Part shown: positions 1 to 8,721 of the stretch, piece after piece
Position numbering within the stretch: position 1 is the stretch's first letter
How the letters are laid out: every line of letters begins with the position of its first letter
From: Candidatus Beckwithbacteria bacterium
GTDB taxonomy: Bacteria; Patescibacteriota; Microgenomatia; UBA1400; UBA1449
NCBI GenBank assembly: GCA_012797845.1
Contig: JAAZOH010000016.1
Coordinates: forward strand, 7,733 to 71,732
Length of the DNA stretch: 64,000 bases
Direction of reading: 5' to 3'
Notes under the pieces: generated by a model
What the model was told of the DNA's origin: nothing
Database searches by the model: none
The model's input: the letters and a program-made list of their open reading frames with translations, nothing else
Translations under genes and position numbers: made by a program

Positions 1-373
1 CAAAAACCGTGACATAGAGCCGCTTGGGATCAAGGCCAATAGTTTGAGTTAAAAACTGCCAAAACCAAGGCAGTTGCTGCGTCTTAAAATAATCACCAAA
101 CGACCAATTACCCAACATTTCAAAGAAAGTGGTATGCCGATTATCACCTACAGCTTCAATATCCTGACTACGAAAACAACGTTGCGAATTAGTAATTCTA
201 ACTCCTAGCGGATGAGTTTGACCAAAAAAATAAGGGATCATCGGCTGCATTCCTGAGCCGGTAAATAGGGTTGTCGGATCGTTTTGAGGAACTAGAGAAG
301 TTGATGGCACGATCACATGTCCCTGGCTTTTAAAAAAATCTAAATAGCTTGATCTGACTTGATCGGCATTCAT
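1..373 (-). CDS. alaS: Alanyl-tRNA synthetase, N-terminal fragment (gene continues beyond window start)
   Basis: Minus-strand translation from ATG at 373 gives MNADQVRSSYLDFFKSQGHVIVPSTSLVPQNDPTTLFTGSGMQPMIPYF... This matches the conserved AlaRS N-terminal motifs (FxxKGH, DPTLLFTxxGM). The ORF is open to position 1. Confidence 0.8.
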   Translation of the reverse strand, partial: MNADQVRSSYLDFFKSQGHVIVPSTSLVPQNDPTTLFTGSGMQPMIPYFFGQTHPLGVRITNSQRCFRSQDIEAVGDNRHTTFFEMLGNWSFGDYFKTQQLPWFWQFLTQTIGLDPKRLYVTVF

Positions 374-393
374 AGCAATATACAAATAGTAAT

Positions 394-484
394 AGTGTCA
401 TTCTGATCACACATTTACGAGAGAAGGGTCTTTTTATTTTAAAAAAGATCCTTCGGCCATACTTCCCTCAGGATGACATAAATA
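394..484 (-). promoter_or_regulatory. Nested palindromic leader element just upstream of alaS: outer stem TGTCATyCTGA/TCAGGATGACA, inner AU-rich hairpin GAAGGGTCTTTTT...AAAAAGATCCTTC
   Basis: Inverted repeats read directly from the sequence. The same motif architecture recurs at 6957-7020 in front of RNase J. Confidence 0.45.
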
Positions 485-591
485 ATGATGAATATATGAT
501 AACACGGAAAATTTATTTACCTCCCCAACTTCCGACCTTTGGATATAGCAATTTCTTTGTTTTTAACAGAACTACTTGGTATTTATTTTGA

Positions 592-834
592 TTACCTTCT
601 TAATTTATCTTCTAATGGTGTGGTTTCTGGAATAATAGGATTTTCACCACTATTTTCTATTTCTTTCCTTAATTCACCTTGTGAATCTCTTAACATATCT
701 CCATTTTCAGAAAGTTCTGTAGATGTACTCATACTACGAGGAAACATGTTCCCTGCCTGCCCTTCTTCTGAACCCTCAGGATAACCTGCTTTTAATCTTA
801 TTACTTTGCTTTCTCCATTATCAATAATTGCCAT
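592..834 (-). CDS. Small hydrophilic hypothetical protein (80 aa)
   Basis: ORF with GGAGGT Shine-Dalgarno 7 nt upstream of the ATG (revcomp of 838-843). Preferred over the overlapping plus-strand ORF 539..784, which lacks an RBS. Confidence 0.3.
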   Translation of the reverse strand: MAIIDNGESKVIRLKAGYPEGSEEGQAGNMFPRSMSTSTELSENGDMLRDSQGELRKEIENSGENPIIPETTPLEDKLRR

Positions 835-937
835 ACTACCTCCTTAATTGACGATTTTATAACTTTATGATAATCATCATAAAGTTATTACTTTAGTTGT
901 ACAAGTTGTAAATTATAAGATTAATCCTGAATTATTA

Positions 938-1363
938 TTATCCCAGTTTTCTCCCTTTACGCATAAAAAACTTTTTTTCTATAGTGGAGGCGGTTTTTTG
1001 CAGCTTTTTCTCCATAGCATCAGCTTGTTTACGAGCTGCTTGAGTTGATTTTTCCAGTTCCTTAAGCTCTTCTTGAAGTTTTTGCTTCACTTCTGGCAGG
1101 TTTTCTTCCACTTGATCTTTAAGCTGTTTAGCTTTAACCACTACTTGCTGGGTCGCTGTGGCCACAGTTTCTTTATTGATATCTAAATCTTCCCACTGCT
1201 TTTTTAGCTCAATCCATAGTTCATCTTTTATTTTCTTGCCTTCATCAGTCCCAAACAGAAAATAGCCAGCTGCGCCCACTACTATTCCTAGAACCATGCC
1301 ATCAAAAAAACCACCACCATGAGGCATCATTGGCTGTTGCTCTGTGTCATTTGCTTTATTCAT
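938..1363 (-). CDS. YtxH-like membrane-anchored coiled-coil protein
   Basis: N-terminal glycine-zipper hydrophobic segment (GMVLGIVVGAAGYFLFG) followed by a long charged coiled-coil, typical of the YtxH/DUF948 stress protein family. Confidence 0.4.
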   Translation of the reverse strand: MNKANDTEQQPMMPHGGGFFDGMVLGIVVGAAGYFLFGTDEGKKIKDELWIELKKQWEDLDINKETVATATQQVVVKAKQLKDQVEENLPEVKQKLQEELKELEKSTQAARKQADAMEKKLQKTASTIEKKFFMRKGRKLG

Positions 1364-1369
1364 AAGTAC

Positions 1370-1654
1370 TTATTCACTTTTTTCACTTTTACCAAAGCGT
1401 TTATCCAGAATTCGGGTGATAGTATTGATAACCGAAGCTCCTTGTTGCATGCCTTGAATCAAATTAGAAAACTTACTAACCGGTCCAGATACTGAAGAAC
1501 TGATGGTTTCCACATCATCCAAAATTCGATTGGTTCGTTTCATGGTTTTACGAGCTTCTTTTAAAACTCGCAGCAATTCAATGCCAACAATAATCAGCAT
1601 GATTGTCAGAGCCGTCACTACGACTGCTAGCAGTATCTGGATAGGGTCTGTCAT
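1370..1654 (-). CDS. DUF948-family small membrane protein
   Basis: Single N-terminal TM (ILLAVVVTALTIMLIIVGIELLRVL) plus a short hydrophilic tail. Adjacent to the YtxH-like gene, as in Firmicutes. Confidence 0.4.
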   Translation of the reverse strand: MTDPIQILLAVVVTALTIMLIIVGIELLRVLKEARKTMKRTNRILDDVETISSSVSGPVSKFSNLIQGMQQGASVINTITRILDKRFGKSEKSE

Positions 1655-1713
1655 ATAGTTCTCCTCTTTTTATTATGTACAATTTTATATCTTCATTGTC
1701 TCGTTTTTACCTC

Positions 1714-2352
1714 CTATTTGTCAACCACATAGACAGGAATAAGAAGTTCGCTTTGTTTACTATTACTATCAATTGCCTTGACAGTAATAGTTTGGTTTCC
1801 AGGTGAAAGTTGTACCGTAGCTTGAAACTCGCCAGTTGGAAAAACTTCTACCACTTGGCTATTAACATAAACACTACTATCAGCCGAAACAAAACCTTTC
1901 ACCGGCACAATTGGACCTTTAACAACTGTGTTTGGTTTTGGCCTAGTCATATCAATACTTGGTGGCAAACTATAGTTACGTAGTTGGAAAAAAATATAGC
2001 CACCAAAACCTAGTAATAAAATTACAATACCCAAAACTACCAACCATTTAGAAGTTACCACCGTTTCTTTATCTAAAGGTTTGGCTAACCCTTTAGGCAT
2101 AATTTTACCTGATTGACTTACTGCAAAATCTCTTCTAAAAATTGCTAAAGCCCGTTGTGGTGATAGGCCTACTACTTTGGCATAAGAAGTAATAAAACCC
2201 TTAGTAAAGGTACTAGCTGGCAGTTTGGTAAAATCATCTGCCTCTAAGGCTTCCAATAAATATGTAGCAATATTAGTTTGTTTACTGACATGCTCAAGAG
2301 TTAGGTTTTTTTTGAGACGCAGAGATTGAAGTAATCGACCAATGCTTTCCAT
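1714..2352 (-). CDS. rodZ: RodZ-like cytoskeleton protein (HTH + TM + C-terminal beta domain)
   Basis: N-terminal XRE-type HTH (LRLKKNLTLEHVSKQTNIATYLLEALE), central TM, C-terminal DUF4115-like region. Confidence 0.5.
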   Translation of the reverse strand: MESIGRLLQSLRLKKNLTLEHVSKQTNIATYLLEALEADDFTKLPASTFTKGFITSYAKVVGLSPQRALAIFRRDFAVSQSGKIMPKGLAKPLDKETVVTSKWLVVLGIVILLLGFGGYIFFQLRNYSLPPSIDMTRPKPNTVVKGPIVPVKGFVSADSSVYVNSQVVEVFPTGEFQATVQLSPGNQTITVKAIDSNSKQSELLIPVYVVDK

Positions 2353-2382
2353 GTTTATCGACCTCTAAATGAAAATTTGCTT

Positions 2383-4560
2383 TTACTGATTTAATTTAGC
2401 TAAAAATTCTTCCGCGTTTTTGATGAGAACTTCCCGAGGTTTAGAACCATCAGGAGCTGAAATAGCTCCAGCCGCATAAAGTTGGTCTAGAATCCGAGCA
2501 GCTCGATTATAGCCAATGGAAAGCTTACGCTGCAGCAGTGAAGCTGAAGCTTTATCATAACCGCAAACAATCCGCACTGCTTCTTCAAAATTTTCATCAA
2601 GATCTTCAGTTCCGCCACCTTCTTCACTGGTTCCCCCACCTTTACTACTTTTACCTTTAAATTTGGAAGTGACTTCTTCAGTGTATTGCACTGGTGCTCC
2701 GCTATTTTTCAAGAAGTCGGTCATATTTTTAATATCACCATCAGTGACATATGCTCCTTGAATTCTTCGAGGCTTGGCTTGATCAGGCGGAATAAAGAGC
2801 ATATCTCCCCGACCTAGCAGTTTTTCAGCTCCTGGCGAATCAAGAATTACCCTCGAATCCATCATAGATGAAACTGAAAAAGCAATCCGGGCTGGGATAT
2901 TGGCTTTGATAAGTCCAGTAATAACATCAACCGAAGGTCGTTGGGTCGCTAAGACTAAATGAATACCAGTAGCCCGAGCCATTTGAGCCAGGCGGTTGAT
3001 ACTATCCTCAACATCGGATGGGGCATAGAGCATAATATCAGCCAGTTCATCAATCACAATCAAAATATAAGGCATAGCCTGAAAACCAGACATTTCATTG
3101 TACGATTCAATATTACGAGCTCCGATTTCAGCAAAGGTTTTATAGCGGCTTTCCATTTCGGCAATAGCCCATTTTAAAGCCGAAACTACTTTTTCCGGCT
3201 CCACAATCACTGGGGTTAGCAAGTGAGGAATCCCATTGTAAGTTGATAACTCAACCCGCTTGGGATCAACCAAAATCATTTTGACATCATTCGGCGTAGA
3301 TCTGAATAAAATGGAGCTTAAAATAGTATTAATACAGACTGATTTACCTGAACCAGTTTGTCCAGCAATCAGCATATGCGGCATTTTTGCAATGTCTAAC
3401 AAAACATGTTTTCCAGATACATCCAGCCCTAAACCAACCAGTAATTTGGCTTTATTGGCTTTCATTTCCCCATCCGCCAAAACAGTTTTTAGAGAGACTA
3501 AGGCTGAACTTAAGTTTGGCACTTCAATCCCGACCAAGGGCCTACCAGGAATAGGGGCTTCGATCCGGATTTGGCCGGTTCGGGCCGCTAAAGCCAGAGC
3601 TAAATCATTAGCCAGCGAAGTAATTTTAGTCAGCTTTGTGCCAGTTGCTAGTTGGATAGCATACTGGGTCACAGTTGGACCAGGGCTAAAATCAACTACT
3701 TTAGCCTGGACTCCAAAGCTTTGTAAAGTTTCCTCAATCACCTGAGCATTGCGCTTAATATCTCCCCGCTCGGCTTTACTATTATTGGCTGATAAAAGTG
3801 ACAGCGGTGGTAATCGCCAAACTTGAGTAGTAGCTCCCGGTACTGGCGGTTTAATTTCTCCTTTACCTTCCTCAGGAGTTGATTTAGTCTCATCAGGAGT
3901 AGTTGGAATAGTTTTTTCTTCTTCTTTATCAAGCAGTGATTCTTGCTCCCAAGATTGTTTATCTGTAGAAGCCTGAGCTAGTTTGTCTTCAAATGATAGT
4001 TCTTCCGCTGGCACGGTAAATAAGTGAACAATATTGAATTTAGATAAAACTGCTTTTAAAAATTTATACATATCAGAAAGAGAAACTTCGAAAAAAACCA
4101 TAAAACCAATAATAAAGCCAAAGAGAAAAATAAAAAACGCTCCTAAATTAGAGATCAAAATAGCTAGACTTTGCCAAAGCTCAACCCCTAAAGATCCAGT
4201 TTGCATCATGCTGACAATAGAAATTGTCAGAATAATACTACCCAAAAATAATGTGGGTCGGGAAAACCAAGCTTGAGGGCGAAACAAAATATTGCCTCCA
4301 AAGATAAGAATAACAGGTACAAAAATCATGCCCCAACCCAGTAAGCTTGAAAAAATTCGTCTAATTGCTTCCAGTAAAGCTCCGTTTTGAAAAAACGATA
4401 AAACAATCAGAATAGCTACAAAATAGAAAACAAGGGCCGCAATTGACCGAACCACTTTAGGATTAAGTTGCAGTTCATTTTGCTGCTGCTTCTTGGATTT
4501 TTTTGAGGATGAGCGTTTTTTGCTACGCTTCTTTTTGGTTTTTTTATTTAGTCCTAGCAT
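2383..4560 (-). CDS. ftsK: DNA translocase FtsK/SpoIIIE
   Basis: N-terminal TM helices, Walker A GQTGSGKS, Walker B LIVIDELAD, C-terminal gamma winged-helix (LLQRKLSIGYNRAARILDQL). Poly-Lys N-terminus. Confidence 0.9.
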   Translation of the reverse strand: MLGLNKKTKKKRSKKRSSSKKSKKQQQNELQLNPKVVRSIAALVFYFVAILIVLSFFQNGALLEAIRRIFSSLLGWGMIFVPVILIFGGNILFRPQAWFSRPTLFLGSIILTISIVSMMQTGSLGVELWQSLAILISNLGAFFIFLFGFIIGFMVFFEVSLSDMYKFLKAVLSKFNIVHLFTVPAEELSFEDKLAQASTDKQSWEQESLLDKEEEKTIPTTPDETKSTPEEGKGEIKPPVPGATTQVWRLPPLSLLSANNSKAERGDIKRNAQVIEETLQSFGVQAKVVDFSPGPTVTQYAIQLATGTKLTKITSLANDLALALAARTGQIRIEAPIPGRPLVGIEVPNLSSALVSLKTVLADGEMKANKAKLLVGLGLDVSGKHVLLDIAKMPHMLIAGQTGSGKSVCINTILSSILFRSTPNDVKMILVDPKRVELSTYNGIPHLLTPVIVEPEKVVSALKWAIAEMESRYKTFAEIGARNIESYNEMSGFQAMPYILIVIDELADIMLYAPSDVEDSINRLAQMARATGIHLVLATQRPSVDVITGLIKANIPARIAFSVSSMMDSRVILDSPGAEKLLGRGDMLFIPPDQAKPRRIQGAYVTDGDIKNMTDFLKNSGAPVQYTEEVTSKFKGKSSKGGGTSEEGGGTEDLDENFEEAVRIVCGYDKASASLLQRKLSIGYNRAARILDQLYAAGAISAPDGSKPREVLIKNAEEFLAKLNQ

Positions 4561-4677
4561 AGGCAGTATTTACCCTTATTTTACACCATAAGATTAACAG
4601 AAATATCTAAAAAGCGAAAGATCGATTCTTTATTTTATTTTAAAAACTCACTTTGGATATGACATAATAAAAGCTAG

Positions 4678-5277
4678 ATGCATAGACTACTTTTTCGCCT
4701 TCTTGCTGGCCAATTTAAATATCCTCGAGGTATTTTAGGTACATATGTTGCTAAAGATATGGCTAAGCTTAATCAAAAGCAAAATCAATGGGTTTTATCT
4801 CTTTTGGATTTACAAAAAGATGATAAGGTTTTAGAAATTGGATTTGGTCCGGGCTTAAATTTACAAAAAATTGCACTTACAAATAAAGTTTGGGGAGTTG
4901 AAATTTCTAAAACCATGCTTCAAATAGCTCAGAAAAAAAATAAAGCTTTGATTGATTCTGGAAAACTTCAACTACAACTAGCTCCAGCTGAACAATTACC
5001 TTTTGTAGCTAATTTTTTTGATACGGTAATCTCTGTTCATGTAATCTACTTCTGGCCAGATTTAGAAAAGGTATTTAGAGAAATTAGAAGAATTTTAAAA
5101 CCTTCTGGTTTGTTTGTTTTATATTTTGTATACCCAACTATTATTTCGGGCTCGCATTTTATTCTAAGAAAGCCTGAAGAAATTATGATTTCTTTGAAAA
5201 AATCTGGTTTTAAAAAAATTACCTTAAAGAGAAAAAGCTTTGGCCATCAAAAAGGATATTGTTTGTTTTGTAGCTAA
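4678..5277 (+). CDS. Class I SAM-dependent methyltransferase
   Basis: Motif I VLEIGFGPGLN and post-I acidic motif; methyltransferase type 11-like. Confidence 0.65.
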   Translation: MHRLLFRLLAGQFKYPRGILGTYVAKDMAKLNQKQNQWVLSLLDLQKDDKVLEIGFGPGLNLQKIALTNKVWGVEISKTMLQIAQKKNKALIDSGKLQLQLAPAEQLPFVANFFDTVISVHVIYFWPDLEKVFREIRRILKPSGLFVLYFVYPTIISGSHFILRKPEEIMISLKKSGFKKITLKRKSFGHQKGYCLFCS

Positions 5278-5288
5278 AAAATCTCAAA

Positions 5289-6965
5289 TTAACTTTTTAC
5301 CAACGTTATCAGCACCAATGGTTCTCGCTGGGTTTCTAAAAACACAAATTTTTCCAGTTCTTCGGTGACTTCATCTCGCTTATCTTTCCAATCTCTGATT
5401 TGCATGCCAGCTAGCAGGTGTTTTTGAGTTTCGTCTGCGATAGCTTCTAAGAGTTCCTGTGATTGTCGGGCAAAGACAAAACCTCGAGTAATGACTTCTG
5501 GTCGGCCTTTAATTTGGTTTTTATTTTGATCAACTGGAATGGCAATGACCATCATACCGCTTTGGGACATTTTTTTGCGGTCAGACAATACTAAAGGTCC
5601 CACATCGCCAATTCCCAAACCATCAACAATAATAGTTTTGAGTTTAATTTTGTTATCAACCCAGATTTTATCTCGGCTAATACCGGCTATCTCTCCATCA
5701 TTAAGTAGTAAAACTTGCTCATCTCGCCAACCCATACCAGTTGCTAGCAACCGGTACTGGGTCATATGCCGGAAAGTTCCCCCGATTGGAATGGTATATT
5801 TCGGCTTTGTTAAAGTTAGCAATAGCCGCAATTCATCAGCTGAAGCATGACCAGACACATGTAAAGTATCTTGGACTTCACGGTAAGACACGGTGGCTCC
5901 TAATTTAGCTAAATTATCCACTGCCCGATACGCATTACGTTCGTTACCTGGAATTGGATCAGCACTAAAGACTACATGATCACCAGTTTTAATAGAAACT
6001 AGCTGATGTTGATTGGTGGCAATTCGCGCTAAAGTGGAACCTATTTGTCCCTGACTGCCAGCCACAATCAAACACAGTTGATTATCTTTAAACTGTTTGA
6101 TCCGACGCTTATTGATAACTACTTTTTCAGGAATTTGTAAAAAGCCAAGCTGTTGAGAAATGCGGATATTTTCTTCAACCGATCGACCGATAAAGGCAAT
6201 TTTGCGGTGATGTTCTACGGCTGCATCAATTGCTTGTTGAATTCGGTGAATATTGGAGGACATCGTGGTCACAATGACTTTACCTTTAACATCTCTGATT
6301 TCCCGACTTAAATTTTCACCCACCTTACTTTCCGACAAAGTGTAACCTTCATTTTCAATCCGTAAACAATCTGATAACAAAGCTAAAACGCCTTTATGGC
6401 CATAGTAGGCAATTTTTTGGACATCAGGTCGATGACCATCAATTGGAGTCCAGTCAAATTTAAAATCACTACCATGATAAATAACTCCTTCTGGAGTCGT
6501 AATAGCTAAGTGCTTGGTATCAGGCACTGAGTGGGTAATGGCAACTGGGTCAATTCCAAAGCTGCCTAATTGTAAAATTTGATCCCGGGGAAAGGTTTGG
6601 ATTTGGGTTTTTAAACCAAATTCTTTAAAATTTTCTTGGGCAAAGCCAGCTGTTAAGGGGCTGGCAAAAACCGGAATATCCATATTAAGCTGTGGCAAAA
6701 TATAGGGCAGTCCGGCAATATGGTCATCATGACCGTGAGTTAAAACGATACCAACAATCGAGTTTTCTTTGCCTTGCAAATAAGAAATGTCGGGGACAAG
6801 TAAATCAGCTCCCAACATTTCTTCTTCTGGAAAGCCAATGCCGCAGTCAACAATCAAGCGCTCTACATTTTGGCCTTCACCATATTCATAGACAAACATG
6901 TTATTGGTCACATGACCAATACCTCCAAGGGGGATAATTCTTAGCATAAGTTTAGTATGTGTCAT
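5289..6965 (-). CDS. rnj: Ribonuclease J (metallo-beta-lactamase/beta-CASP)
   Basis: HGHDDHIAGLPYIL motif, beta-CASP and C-terminal domain. Typical RNase J length of 558 aa. Confidence 0.9.
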   Translation of the reverse strand: MTHTKLMLRIIPLGGIGHVTNNMFVYEYGEGQNVERLIVDCGIGFPEEEMLGADLLVPDISYLQGKENSIVGIVLTHGHDDHIAGLPYILPQLNMDIPVFASPLTAGFAQENFKEFGLKTQIQTFPRDQILQLGSFGIDPVAITHSVPDTKHLAITTPEGVIYHGSDFKFDWTPIDGHRPDVQKIAYYGHKGVLALLSDCLRIENEGYTLSESKVGENLSREIRDVKGKVIVTTMSSNIHRIQQAIDAAVEHHRKIAFIGRSVEENIRISQQLGFLQIPEKVVINKRRIKQFKDNQLCLIVAGSQGQIGSTLARIATNQHQLVSIKTGDHVVFSADPIPGNERNAYRAVDNLAKLGATVSYREVQDTLHVSGHASADELRLLLTLTKPKYTIPIGGTFRHMTQYRLLATGMGWRDEQVLLLNDGEIAGISRDKIWVDNKIKLKTIIVDGLGIGDVGPLVLSDRKKMSQSGMMVIAIPVDQNKNQIKGRPEVITRGFVFARQSQELLEAIADETQKHLLAGMQIRDWKDKRDEVTEELEKFVFLETQREPLVLITLVKS

Positions 6966-7020
6966 CCTGAACGCAGTGAAGGATCTTAAAAGATTCTTCG
7001 CTTTGCTCAGAATGACACAT
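6957..7020 (-). promoter_or_regulatory. Second copy of the nested palindromic leader element; overlaps the rnj start codon
   Basis: ATGTGTCATCCTGAACGCAGTGAAGGATCTTAAAAGATTCTTCGCTTTGCTCAGAATGACACAT. Outer and inner inverted repeats are homologous to those at 394-484. Confidence 0.45.
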
Positions 7021-7102
7021 GATTTATTTAAATTTACTGATTTAGTGTACCATGCAAAACTTAACTTTAACGAGATAAAAATGGAGAAAAAGGTATTGGT
7101 CT

Positions 7103-8188
7103 TTAATAGTCTGGCAAAAAGCCTTTAATATTGGTTTCGTCTAAATGGAAAGTATCTCCTTTGCCAGCTACCACCAAACGGGCTACTCTGTGGACAATTC
7201 GGCGAATAGTTCTTTCTAATGTTCGGATACCGGAATCAAAGCCAAGTGGCCGGACAATTTTTGTCCATAGCTGTTCATCAATATGAACTTGGTCTGGAGT
7301 AAGCCCTGCTTCTTCTATAATTTTTGGCAAAATATATTGTTTACCAATCACAATTTTTTCATCATCAGTATAGGAAGGCATATCAATTACTTCCATTCTG
7401 TCCAGTACTGCCGTAGCTACATTACGGGTATTGTTGGCCGTAGCAATAAATAGCACATCAGATAAATCAAAAGGGTAATCAAGGTAGTGATCAATAAAAC
7501 GGTGATTTTGACCCGGATCTAAAATCTCAACTAGTACCCCCATAATATCGTTGCGGGCTTCTTCAGAAACCCGGTCAATTTCATCAAGCAGAATCACGGG
7601 GTTGCGACTTTGGGCTTGGCGGAGAGCTTTAATAATCTTGCCTGGTTCATTATCAGCATGAAGCCGTGACTGGCCTCGAAGATCAAGAGCCGAGCCCATA
7701 CCACCAAACGGGATCCGGGCATATTTACGACCCATGGCTTCAGATAGTGCTGGTCCAAAAGTAGTTTTCCCAGTTCCGACTAGACCCACTAAAAATAAAA
7801 TTGGTGCCCGGCTGACTTTGTCTTTGTCTCTATTTAATTTCAAAACTGCCATGTACTCCAAAATCCGGTTTTTAACATGATCCATACCGTAGTGGTGTTT
7901 ATCCATAATGTCTTTAGCCCGCTCCAAGTCAAGATTATCTTCAGTTTGATAATTCCAAGGTAGTGATAACACCCATTCTACATAGTGAGAAATTTTTTCA
8001 TATTCTTCACTATAACCACCAAAACGGGCCATTCGTTTGAGCCGTACTAGCATTTCGCGAATTTTATCTTTGAGTTCGTCTGGGATATCAGCTTGTTCGA
8101 CTCTTTCTCGCAGCTGATCAACTTCCTGAAATAGCTCGTCAAAAGCCGCTTGGGTTTGGTTATAAGGAGTTTGGGCAGTTGGTTCCAT
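7103..8188 (-). CDS. Lon-like AAA+ ATPase module lacking the S16 protease domain
   Basis: Aligns with the Lon ATPase region (GxVGTGKT Walker A, LLDEIDRVS Walker B, sensor/lid ending ...HLDETNIKGFLPDY, equivalent to the E. coli Lon residues just before the protease domain). The ORF stops there, followed by a 137-nt non-coding spacer and then rnj. Confidence 0.7.
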   Translation of the reverse strand: MEPTAQTPYNQTQAAFDELFQEVDQLRERVEQADIPDELKDKIREMLVRLKRMARFGGYSEEYEKISHYVEWVLSLPWNYQTEDNLDLERAKDIMDKHHYGMDHVKNRILEYMAVLKLNRDKDKVSRAPILFLVGLVGTGKTTFGPALSEAMGRKYARIPFGGMGSALDLRGQSRLHADNEPGKIIKALRQAQSRNPVILLDEIDRVSEEARNDIMGVLVEILDPGQNHRFIDHYLDYPFDLSDVLFIATANNTRNVATAVLDRMEVIDMPSYTDDEKIVIGKQYILPKIIEEAGLTPDQVHIDEQLWTKIVRPLGFDSGIRTLERTIRRIVHRVARLVVAGKGDTFHLDETNIKGFLPDY

Positions 8189-8193
8189 AGCTA

Positions 8194-8655
8194 CTATTTC
8201 ATTTGTTGTACATTACTTTTCTCACCAATTGTTTTCATAATCCTCTGGCTGCTTTCACTATCGATTCCTGACCATACAGTTTGCGCATCTTCCTGGTCGA
8301 TTACTATATTTCCTACTCCAAATATTTTTTGTAAAAAAGTTTGATTAAAGTCAATGTTGGTAATTTTTGAAAATGGGATAGTGGTTGAAAAAGTACTAAA
8401 AACACCTTTTTTTAAATTCAAGGCACTTGCATCTAAGGCGTATGTCAGATTTTTGTATTCTAGTTTCGCTAAAACATACATAAGCACAATTGGTCCAAAT
8501 AAAAAAAGTAGAGAAATTACTATTCCTATTGCATTTAATTTGTCGGCTGAAAATACTACTAAGGCAAAAAACCCCAAAATCAAACCAATTATAATTCCAA
8601 TAATTAATTTGTTAATAATTCGATATAGTAGTGCTTTACTGTTAAAGTGTTCCAT
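8194..8655 (-). CDS. Membrane protein with bacterial PH (bPH_2/YdbT-like) domain
   Basis: Two N-terminal TM helices followed by a ~80-aa domain with the bPH_2 pattern. Confidence 0.4.
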   Translation of the reverse strand: MEHFNSKALLYRIINKLIIGIIIGLILGFFALVVFSADKLNAIGIVISLLFLFGPIVLMYVLAKLEYKNLTYALDASALNLKKGVFSTFSTTIPFSKITNIDFNQTFLQKIFGVGNIVIDQEDAQTVWSGIDSESSQRIMKTIGEKSNVQQMK

Positions 8656-8721
8656 ATTTTCAAGAAATTTATAATCTCTTTTAGTGTAATTAATTACAGC
8701 TTAAAACTCAATAATAGCCTT

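Noticed and set aside
373-484. T-box riboswitch upstream of alaS
   Set aside because: The leader is only ~110 nt and lacks the conserved T-box sequence or specifier/antiterminator architecture. The structure is instead shared with the rnj leader.
539-784. Plus-strand 81-aa ORF overlapping the minus-strand 592..834 ORF
   Set aside because: It has no RBS and an odd composition. The opposite-strand ORF has a GGAGGT Shine-Dalgarno, and even that call is low confidence.
2959-4276. Several 60-160-aa ORFs (2959..3177+, 3260..3745+, 3738..3932-, 4034..4276+) inside or antisense to ftsK
   Set aside because: They lie entirely within a strongly supported ftsK reading frame, so they are antisense or alternate-frame artefacts.
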